Source: Podarcis muralis (lineage: Eukaryota). From it: a DNA stretch of 64,000 nucleotides. Position 1 is the first letter of the stretch, and every line of letters starts with the position of its first letter. The notes under the pieces are model-generated. The model was not told the DNA's origin. It saw nothing but the letters and a program-made list of their open reading frames with translations, and made no database searches. This document shows positions 54,222-64,000 of the stretch, in pieces. The stretch spans positions 29,698,001-29,762,000 of the forward strand of contig NC_135661.1 in NCBI RefSeq assembly GCF_964188315.1, read 5' to 3'. The translations under genes and the position numbers were made by a program.

Positions 54222-54842
54222 ATGGCAAAGCCACAAGGAGGAGGAGACCATCGCCTCTCGGCCTCCATCGCAGGGAGGTCTTTGGCCTCTGGATCGCGCC
54301 GGGGCCTGCGTGCCCCCCTTGCCCGCGGGCTGCTGGCACCAGGGCCTTCTCGACAGCCACCGCTGCCCTTCCAGGCCTGGGCAGAGCAAAGGAAAAGCCA
54401 CAGCAGCAGGCCCGCCAGGCTGAGTCCAGGAGCACGGAATGGTTCTTCTGCTCCTTCCCATCATGTGAGAAGAGTCCCCGGACATGGCACTCTCTCTCAG
54501 AGCCTCCTCTTGCCTCCGTTGCCCAGTGGGCGGCACTCTGCACCCTATGTGTGGGGAGGGCAGCTGCTCCTGCTTGGGGAAGGCCTCGGACGCAGAGGAA
54601 CCGGGCCGCCCCACACGGCACGCGTCCCACAAGAGCCTCGGAGAGATCGGGCGTCGGAGGCAGAAGAGCCGGGCTGTCTCTCTTCTCGGGAGAGGCCTCC
54701 TCAGCTTGACCCTGAGACTGAGCAGCGCATCTTGGACTGGCTGGAAGAAGTGAACCACTGTCTCTTCTCAACGCTGAGCTACAGCGTCAAGCAGGAAGCA
54801 GAGGCGGACACCTCCATCAAAATCATCTACCAGGGGGACTGA
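54222..54842 (+). CDS. Putative uncharacterised protein (206 aa from ATG 54222, or terminal exon from a candidate acceptor at 54175); Pro/Arg/Gly-rich body with an ordered C-terminus
   Basis: GC/CpG-rich island in otherwise repeat-rich DNA. The frame is open 54129-54842 and ends DPETEQRILDWLEEVNHCLFSTLSYSVKQEAEADTSIKIIYQGD*. Not recognised; no nearby AATAAA seen. Confidence 0.45.
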   Translation: MAKPQGGGDHRLSASIAGRSLASGSRRGLRAPLARGLLAPGPSRQPPLPFQAWAEQRKSHSSRPARLSPGARNGSSAPSHHVRRVPGHGTLSQSLLLPPLPSGRHSAPYVWGGQLLLLGEGLGRRGTGPPHTARVPQEPRRDRASEAEEPGCLSSRERPPQLDPETEQRILDWLEEVNHCLFSTLSYSVKQEAEADTSIKIIYQGD

Positions 54843-57084
54843 AGCTGGGGAGAGGCACTGTTCTCCACCTTGATCCCCCGGGGCCAGACTTGGCCTCCAA
54901 GCAGCAAACTGACTTTGGAGGCATGCTTAAACTTTTTCTCTCACTCAGTTTGCTCCAGAAGTCCTGTTCCGTCGCCTCACACCCTCACTGCTTCAAATGC
55001 AGCTGGACGAGTTTTGGGGTTGTTGTTGTTGTTTGGTTAGGTTTCTCTTTATTTTAGCATTGTCTAGGCTGAGATGTGTATGGATAACCCCCTCGTTTGA
55101 AATTTGCCTCTGCTGGCAACACATGTCACTTCCTCTCAGCTTCAGTTCCCCCACGCTACATGTACAGTATGGGAATAATAGTGACCTACCTTTCAGGGTC
55201 ATTGTAAGGATTGCAGGAAGTTATGGTGTATGTGAAATGTTTGAAAGCCCTGAATGACAGAATTTACACTGTAACATACTGTAAGTCTCCTCCTTCCATT
55301 GACTGGCTGTAACTTTTTTTCCAAACAACTCTTTGCGCCTGCTGATCATGCTCAGCTGAACAGTGATTGATTATCAATTTGATTGTTGACATCAATTTGT
55401 AGAACGAACAGAGGGATTTCTCTTGGAAACAATATCTCAGGGGGGGGGGAGAGGGAGAGTCAGAGAGAAAGAGAGAGCTCTTTGCCCTGTATGGGTGGGA
55501 CTGGCTTTTAAAATATTTAAGGATTTTATAAAACAATATTATAAAATAACCCCAAAACATTAGGAAGAACTGCCTGACAGTAAGAGCAGTTTGACAGTGG
55601 AATGGACTGCCTGAGAAGGTGGTGGACTCTCCTCTGTTTGAGGTTTTTAAAGTTTGGGTGGCTATTCTTTAGCTGTGATTTGACCCTTGGATGACCCTTG
55701 GGAACCCCTTCCAGCTAAGATTCTGTGACCAAAGGTGATACAGACAGCAACTTGCGTTTAAAAGTCAGGATCTGCTGCACCAAGGTGAACCTGGGAACCT
55801 ATGTCTCTAAAGAGGTGGTTCAAAAAAACCAGAAAACTCTGAAGTGCAGAAGGACCTAGGTGGAATTTATGGCAGCTCCAGTTAAAATAGTATCGGAGAT
55901 CAGAAAAGCTTTCTAGCCTAAATCTGTCAGGTTGAACACTCCAGGGCCAGATCAGGATAAGGCAACTCCCTATGTTGTACACCTCTGCCTGCAGAATCCA
56001 GTGTAACTCAAAAGTTTGCATCCAGCTTTCGAAAGAAGGCCACCTCTCACTTTCTGTGCTTTTGGTGGGGGGAGCTCTGTGCTCCCCTCGCAGAGGGCAG
56101 TGACCCACCCTGCTAGCTCCCTGCCCCGACATTCCAGTGGCGCGAAGAAGGATGCTATCTAAACACGCCATGCAGCTGTGCTGCGGGAGCCCTGTGGCAG
56201 GCGCATTCCTGGGCCGGTTTTCAAAGCTTTGCCCAGAGGACTCCTCTCGCGCTCTGCCCGCACGACATCCGAGGCTCGGCAGTTCGGAGGGCCTCTTGCT
56301 ACTCTTGGACTGCGGCCAAGCTCTCCCCTCCTGTTTATTTTGGCAGGGCTGGGGCCCTCCTATCAGAAACACACAGAATTCGCTCCTCTTTGGAAGCTGG
56401 TTGAAGGCAGGAGCGTTTACACACACACACACCGCCTCTTTCTTTTCCATTCCCAATCTCTTCAGCTGCACCTCTGGAGGAAGCAGTCAGGGAAGGAGGC
56501 AGAAGCAATGCTTCAGCAGATCCTGGTTAATGTGCCCCAGTTTTTACCTTTTCCTGGGGAGCAGCAGCTATTAGTACATACCCTCCTACATTTCTGCAAT
56601 GAAAACAGGAACACCCTATTCCATACTAATACTAATTTTATTATTTGTACCCCGCCTACCGGACTGGGTTGCCCCAGCCACTCTGAGCGGCTTCCAACAT
56701 ACATAAAAACATTAAACATTAAAAAAAAACCTCCCTCTACAGGGCTACCTTTGGATGTCTACTAAAGGTTGTATAGTTACTTATCTCCTTGCCTCGACTC
56801 CATACTCTCCAGCATTTCTCTGTTGAAAATAGAGACGTCCAAAGGAAAAGGAGGACATTCCGGGATCAAATTAGAAACCAGGGTGACTTCTGTAAATCCA
56901 GGGAAAAACAGGGACACTTGGAGGGTCTGTTAATACTGTGTCGTGGAGGGGAGAGTTGCTCTTGTGCTTAGTCCTGCTTGGGGGAGGTATTTGGTCTGCC
57001 ATTGTGAGAAGAGGAGGCTGAGGTAAATGGGCCATCAGTCTGGTCCGCAGTCTTACGTTCTTATAAACTGAATGATGGCAGATG

Positions 57085-57450
57085 ATTCAGGGCAGAGAAA
57101 AGAAAGTAAATTTCCACACAGTGCGCAGTTAAACTGTGGAACTCCCTCCCACAAGAGGCAAGGATGGCCACCTCCTTGGATGGCTTTAAAAGAGGATTGG
57201 ACAAATTCTTGGAGGAGGAAAAGGCTGTCGATGGCTACTAGCCATGATGGCTCTGCTCTGCCTCTACAGTCGGAAGCAGCCATGCCTCTGAATACTAGTT
57301 TCTGCAAACCACAGGAGGGGAGGGGGCTCTTGTATTTGGGTCCTGCTTCCGGGCTTCCCATTGGGGTATCTGGGTGCCGCTGTGAGAGCAGGCTGCTGGA
57401 TCTGTTGGGCCATTGGTCCGATCCAGCAGACTCTTCTTGTGTTCTGCAGA
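57085..57450 (+). mobile_element. CR1 LINE 3' fragment
   Basis: LWNSLPQE...LDGFKRGLDKF remnant plus a 3' UTR similar to 2365-2860. Confidence 0.75.
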
Positions 57451-58040
57451 GTTCCTGGAGACTGCAGCTTTCCAAGCAGGTACATTTCAGTGATAGGAAT
57501 AGAGGCAGCTTTTTCTCTAGTAACAGAGATCACTTTTTAGATGCAGGGCCACAGTACCTCATAGAAAGCCACTAAAATCATCTCCACTGGGCTCCTGTTG
57601 TCCTCAAACTCTTTCCATAACAGCTGGCCATTCTAAGAAACCAATTTTAAGAATTGGTGCCCCTGTTTGCTTCGCTTTTCCTCTGCTCTCCTCCTTCCTT
57701 CTTTCCTTTTCTGTCGTGTCCTTTAGACTATGAGCCTGTGGGCAGGGACCATCTTGTTTTTAATTTATTGTATGGGAACTTTTGGGGGTGGAGCTAAAGA
57801 GCAGATTTACCACAAAAAACCCCTCTCCAAATGAATAAATAAATAAATTTGCCCTGCAGCTGAGTTGTATTTTGATGAGAAGGCAGGACAATTGTTTGTC
57901 GGGTCTCTCTTGAAACCAAAGTGGGGTTGTGGGGGGGGGGGGGACACCCTCTTGGACAGAAGTGGAGAAAACTTGGGCACACAGGCTGAATGTGGCCCTC
58001 CAGACTTCTCTACCTGGCCCTCAGGACTCAGGCATTACAC

Positions 58041-58177
58041 CAGGCTTCCTCAAACTCGGCCCTCCAGATGTTTTTGAGACTACAGTTCCCATCATCCCTG
58101 ACCACTGGTCCTGCTAGCTAGGGATCATGGGAGTTGTAGGCCAAAAACATCTGGAGGGCCAAGTTTGAGGAAGCCTG
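58041..58177. mobile_element. Short palindromic hAT-type MITE
   Basis: TIR CAGGCTTCCTCAAACT / AGTTTGAGGAAGCCTG with 8-bp flanks CATTACAC / TGTTACAC. Confidence 0.8.
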
Positions 58178-61100
58178 TGTTACACTTTGACATTCCCTGC
58201 CTAGTGACATCAGTCAGGCCCCTCTGCCGTGTTCCTTTAGGCACGGGGAAATGCAGAGCTCCCCCATCATCACTGCCACCCTTGCAGTGTTGGGAGGGGC
58301 TTCAAACCAGCTGAATTTTCCTCCCAAACCTTCAGAAAGATGTGCACGTAGGGAACACACACAGAGAACGGCACATCAACCCACACAAAACAAAGATGTG
58401 ATCTTACAAATCTACTTACAGACTAATATTCCCCAGATTTATTTTCTTATGCTTTGGCTCCCTCTTGTGGTTTTAAGGTACACTGCATGTGTGTGCAGAA
58501 TACAGCTGACTTGTTTGCCTATTATTATTCCACACCTTTCACAATCCTACACGCTGTCCCTATTCTGGGGACCCTTGTCCCTGGTAGATCATGGTCCTCA
58601 TTTGGGCCTTTTTGTCCATCCCTTGTTAGAATGCTCTCCGTGAGAGCTGGCCCCATACATCAAGGTTCAGCTGCCTCCCTAAACATTTACATCTCTAAAG
58701 AGGGTACATTGTTAAACTATGGAACTCACACCCACAGGACGCATCCGGTCAGCCACTGTGAGAACAGGAGGCTGGACTAGATGGGCCCCTGGCCTGATCC
58801 AGCAGGCTCTTCTGGTGGTCTTATGTTCACCCTGTCTCTTGTGTGCAGGTGCCTATTTTCATGTGCAGAAATGAGAAATCCCCTTGCAATGTACCGTCCG
58901 CTGCTTTGTACAACATAGATTGCCGAGGTGTCTTTCTTTTTTATAAATACTAAAATAGTTTTTGTTTTTGTGTTTTTCATAATCGTTGCAAAGGTACAAG
59001 TGAACAAGTGCATGTAAGATTGCTTCCCTAAGGCCCGCCCCCCCTCCGTCCATGCGTTCAGATTAGATGCATATAGAGTCAGTAGTAATATAGTTTACAT
59101 GTTGGGGTGTTAAATGGTTGCAGAAGATTGTTTTTCTCATCTGAATAGATGGTTTGAGAGGCTACCATGAGCTGCTGGTGGTTGCATGGTTGTATTGTCC
59201 TTTCTAGTGTATTGAATAAACACAGGCCATGTTTTCTCAAAAACATCCTTGACCTTTGTGGGTTAAAAAAAAATGAAAAGAAAACTTCAAATTGCTTTGA
59301 CAGTTTTCCATGAGGACTCATTCCAACCAAGCATCCATTATTAAATTAGTAGCTCTTTTCCAATGCTAAGCTAGAACTTGCCCAGCTGCTTTTGAACGGC
59401 CGCTACCAGGTTATGGGACAATCACATACAGAGAGAGTCTATCTAAAATCCAAAGAACAGCTATCCTCCTGACTTTTGACTCGGCACAAGCCAGACTATT
59501 GCAGAGGGGGAATGAGGAACAAAGCACCCAGCTAAGTAGGAAAAAGCTTTCAGCAAAATGTTGGGACAAAGCTTTTCCAAAACCAAATGAAGGACAAAGG
59601 GAAGAGAAAACTGGCCACATCTGCATCGTTCATTTGTAACACTCTTATACCTCTTTAACAGTCAAGGGGATTTATTGAGAGTTGTTGGGAAACCCTTATT
59701 CACCTCACAGTGCTAGAATTCCCACCCGGACACAATTTTTGGGGTGTCCTGGTTCTTACTTATTGAAATATGGCAACCATAGTTAAACCTCTCTGAGAAT
59801 TGTAGCTCTCGGAGGGAAATGAGATTTCTCCCAGCAACTCTCAGCACCCTTAACAAAACTACAGTTCCTAGAATTCTTTGGGGGGAGCCACGACTGGTTA
59901 AAATGCCATGGTGCTGCTATAAATATGTGATGTGGATGTGCCCCAAGGCATGATGAATTGCTGCAGTATATTTTCACCTCCTGACAATAATACTCCAGGG
60001 AGTCAGCCGGCCGGCTGGCCATGCCCATTTCCCGGATACCGTTCCGTTCTGCCTTCCGATTGTGTTTTCCTTTTCCAGCTGACAGCTAGCACTCTCTGGG
60101 TACTGAGAACGCCCAGTGCTCATTGGGCTGTTTGTGTGTGTGTGGATCGTTCCCTCTTGCTTCTCAGGGGGGTCCATTTTAGCAGCAGCCCTATTGTTGC
60201 TTTATCACCTGAGGTTGCTGCTAGAGTGAGCTGAAGCTGTAAGAAGATGGAGACTACAGTGAGATAGACATTGTTTTCAAACCTGAACATGGGTTTCTCC
60301 ATTATGGAGAATGAGCTGATTGGTACGAAGCCAATGATCTATCCAGCAAGGCTGCTGTCGCCTGCAACTGGTCTGACTCTGAGCCTAGGTGAGAGACAGG
60401 CGGAGAGATACCACCCATTCCCAGCCTGGTCCCTTCTTGTTCTTTTGGCAGAGGTCTCTGGGATGAGCTTGTAAAGCTTGTCTGGTCACTCTCTCTCACT
60501 CCCTGTCCTGGGATTAATTTATGGTGCATTACTGTAGTCATAGGGCAATTTATCAGCACAAATAGAGTGTGCTGATGCGTAATTACGGGCAGCACATCTG
60601 GCAGAGCAGAAGCACGTGCTGAGATGTTTTCTCTTCCACATCTGCGTGTGGGGCAAATGAAGCAGCAGTCTTCCTTGGTGAGGTAGCAGCGGCAGCTAAG
60701 AACTGAAGTCCTGGGTTCAAAACTCGGCCCAGCTCCAAACTGATTAGGGAAGCCTTGAGGTAAGAACCAGGGTTAGTCAACTCTGGGGCTGATGAGAGCT
60801 GGAGCCCAATGACATCTGCAAGGCACTCCTGTGCAAGACATTGATCTCTCGTCAACTACATGGGGATGATTATGCTGGCCTACCTTGCAGGGTGGTTGAG
60901 AACGTAGAGCATGAATTGGGTGCCAGCTCAAGGCATTCATTGAGCTCTCTTATTATTTGCTTGCTTGCTTATGTCCTGTCTTTCCTGTAAGGAGCTCAAG
61001 GAACTCAACAACCCTGTGCAGTAGGTTAGGCTGACAGGCAGTGATTGTCCCAGGGTCACCTGGTGAACTTCATTGCTGAGTAGGGACTTGAACCTCGTCT

Positions 61101-61999
61101 CCCAGGTCCTAGTCCAACACGCTAACCACGACACCTAATAATTAAATGGGCCAGTCCTCATTGGGTGTCCCCCACCCCACCCAATTCCACTTCTGGACCC
61201 AGAGAGGTGAGAGGATCCCACTCATAGAAGCCAGTGACACTTGTTGCCATTTTGAAATGACCCATACAAGCAGGAAGAGGTGAAATACAGCTGATGGAGG
61301 TTGTGTATAACCCCAATTTGGTGTCCCCCAGGTCTTGGACTAAATCTCCTATCATCCTTGTCCATTGGCCATGCTGGCTGAGGCTGATGGCAGCTGGAGT
61401 TTTAACAAAAGGGCCTTGTTAGTGGTGGCTCCCTCTCTATGGAACAGTCTTCCCAACAGGGGCATAGCATGGGGGGGGCAAGAGGGGACGTATTATTTCC
61501 AAAATTAACAGCCTGGCAATTTTATTCTTAAGTCTCAGCTGACAGCAAGAACATCTGGCAGAAAAAACTGAATTCTTTGGGAAGGCTGAGGTTGTTTTAA
61601 ATTGTTCTTAAGTGTTATATGTTAATTTATATTTTGTATTTCTGTTGTGTGTGTTTTTGTAAGGCCAATTAAATATTCTACATTATTTAAAAATGTGTTT
61701 GTGGGACAGGGGTTACTGTTTCTGCTTTTGCTTTAAAGGTGTGATTCCTGCATTTGCAGCGGGTTGGACTAGATGACCCCTGGGGACTCCTTTCAACTCT
61801 ACAGTTCCGTGCTTCTGATTTTGCGGTGGTGCTTGCTCGCAGATAAAGAGGGATTCCAGGGCCACGGGCCTTCCTGAATTAACCAGCACACCCTTTATTT
61901 TATTTCCCCCCCTGCGAGGGAGGTGCCTATGAATTTATATTGGAAATTCAAGGTTGCCTAAGGCAACTTTGGGGCTGGGGGTTGTGTTTGGGGGGGGGG

Positions 62000-64000
62000 G
62001 AGAGATGATTAGGAATCTGCTTTTTAAATAAAATAAAAATCAGTGGGTGGAGGGAACAGGCTCGTAAGCCAGCCCATCTCTTGTTCTGTGCCTAGCAAGC
62101 AATGTCTGGGCACATTCTGCAGCCAGCCAAACCCACAAGACACCCCCCCCCTCCGCCACCCACCAAACCCCCTCTGCACCCCACCCCAATGTTTTCTTTT
62201 CCAAAACTCCCTCCCCCATTTCCCTCGCCTCTCCTGGATCTGCCCCTTTTGGAAACTCGCAAGAAGTGAATCTTTTCGCACACAACTACCAAGGAAGAAA
62301 GAAAAAAAAGATTGCAGGAAAAAGGGGAAAAGAAAATAACACGATCAAAAAGAATACGGAGGTTTTCTGTGTGTTTTTTTAAAAGAAATGCTTTTTTAAA
62401 GAAAACTTGCTTCATTTTTGGAGGCGGAAGGAAGAATCGGTCGCAAGAGGAAAAACCCTTCTGCTGCTCGTTCGGACCTCATTGAAAGCAACCCTCCGGC
62501 TGGCTGGCTTGGGTTGTTGCAAAAACCAGAAGTGAACTCCAGGCCGACCCGGAAGATTTGAACTGAGCTTTATAAGCACTCGGCGGGGAGGGGGGGGGGA
62601 GGAAAAAAAAATACCCAAGCTATAGAGACTGAACTTCCCAAGATCGCCCTGGTAGGGAGTGTTGTCCTTTTTTTTTTTTTTTTTTTGAGGGGGGGGAAGT
62701 GTTAAAAAAACCCCACTCCTTTTTGCCCCCCCTCCTGATAAGACTTGAGTGGCTCTATTATTACCCGTCTTTATCTCTAGATATCTATACTCTCGCCTCA
62801 TGTCTATTTGCATTAAAAGCGCCCCACGTTTGCCAAAACCTCTGCAATCGAAGGTGTGTATTCTTCCGATTACTGTGTTCTGTTATTATGGAGGAAAGGG
62901 CAGAGAGGCGGACGCGCTCTCCCAGGCCAGCTCCAAGCAAGGATTGGAGAGGTTGGAGGGTGGTGGGGTTAAACTTGTGGAGTGGGGGGGAGAGAAGGGG
63001 CTAGATTGCAAATGTTGCAGCTCAGTAGCAACGCTGCATGTTTTTTTCCCTCTCCTTCCGTGGCTTTCTGCAAATGCATGTCAGTTTCAGGCTAAGATTG
63101 CAAAGGGGGGGAAAGAATTGGGGGGGGGGAGAGGGTGCGTTTGCAAATTCGATGCGCGCATTTGCAGCAGGTCTGCACCGGAGATCGTGCGGGGGGGGGC
63201 ACTGTCTTCCCTTTCCCCGGTCGTCTCCTCCTCCTCCTTATTCCCCCCCCCCCCGACGTAACTAGAGGTTGGGCGGGTGGAGATGGAGGAGGAGGAGGAG
63301 GAGGCGAGGAAGAGGAAGCGAAACGGGGGTGCCCATTTTCTTCCTTTGCAGACGGATCTCTGGCTTGGGTTGCAATTTGCAAGCGGAGCATGTGTATTGG
63401 TATAGGAAGTGTCTTTTTTTTTAAAAAATAAATAAAAGCCGGGCTATTCAAAAGAGGGAAAGATTATTAAGAATAATACGTTAAAAAAATAAATAAAACA
63501 AAACACCCCTTTTGGTGCAAAAAGACCTCCGGCCAACAATGATTTAATGCAAATAAAGGCGAGGGCAAAAAGGAGCTTAATTTTTTTTTTCCTCCCGTTT
63601 TTCCCCCCTCCGACTTTCTAGTTTTGCGGCTGCCTGAATTTTTTTTTTCCTCCTCTCTTCTTCCCCTCTCGGAGTCCAGGCGAAGCTTCCGATTTCTCCC
63701 TTTTTTGCAGATCTGCAGAATATGGCGTCCCCGTTTCTGTTTTAAAAATAAGCGAGGCTGCCATTTTTGTTTCCCCTTTTGTCTGCAAATTTTAATAATA
63801 ATAATAAAAAAACTGTCTTGAGAGTGTTGGAGAGGCAGCCCAGGGGGGAACCGGGGGCACCTGAAAAGGGGTGTTTTGCTTTGTTCTGGGGTTTTATGCT
63901 TTTTGGGGAGGGGGGTTGGCGTTGTTGCAATCTTGCTTTGCTTTTGTGTGTGTGAGTCTGGGATGTTGCACTGTTTTTGCTTCTTGCACTGTGAATTGCG
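62000..64000. promoter_or_regulatory. Repeat-free, homopolymer- and CpG-rich region resembling the promoter/5' UTR of an unidentified neighbouring gene
   Basis: No recognisable transposons over 2 kb. Contains CpG clusters, G/C and A/T runs, (GGA)n, YY1-like AATATGGCG (63719-63727) and GCCATTTT (63760-63767), and octamers at 62806-62813 and 63547-63554. No credible CDS. Confidence 0.5.

Noticed and set aside
54121-54771. Minus-strand ORFs of 200-216 aa overlapping the orphan ORF
   Set aside because: Low-complexity translations expected at this GC content. Only the plus frame ending at 54842 has an ordered-looking motif.
60120-60390. Signal-peptide-like minus ORF (60120-60302) and a plus frame EDGDYSEIDIVFKPEHGFLHYGE*ADWYE... 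with an in-frame TGA (possible selenoprotein or pseudogene)
   Set aside because: The plus frame is also closed by TAA and TAG immediately upstream. No SECIS, no recognised homology and no consistent exon structure were found.
63092-63451. ORFs with poly-Gly/Pro/Glu or poly-Arg on both strands
   Set aside because: Products of (GGA)n and homopolymer runs. No protein family signal.

Overview
This is eukaryotic DNA from a squamate reptile; the repeat families point to a lacertid lizard (inference). It is syntenic with human 1p36.32. Four intact multi-exon genes can be rebuilt from GT-AG splice sites with consistent phases: C1orf174 (+, 3 coding exons, 209 aa), DFFB/CAD (-, 7 exons, 331 aa), CEP104 (+, 21 coding exons, 947 aa) and LRRC47 (+, 7 exons, 606 aa). 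Introns and intergenic DNA hold Sauria SINEs, other tRNA-derived SINEs, BovB, CR1, L2 and L1-like LINE fragments, hAT and Tc1/mariner MITEs, and a probable solo LTR. Most short ORFs in the track are spurious. The most notable items are: (i) two Tc1/mariner MITEs with different TIRs that both carry tandem arrays of double-hairpin units sharing a CCGCAGCC/GGCTGCGG stem base; (ii) an orphan ORF at 54222-54842 with a protein-like C-terminus, located where SMIM1 lies in human, while no SMIM1, CCDC27 or TP73 exons were found; (iii) a cluster of four octamer motifs in C1orf174 intron 1; (iv) a DFFB/CEP104 head-to-head promoter split into two islands with a young SINE between them. No database search was possible, so family assignments rest on recalled sequence features.
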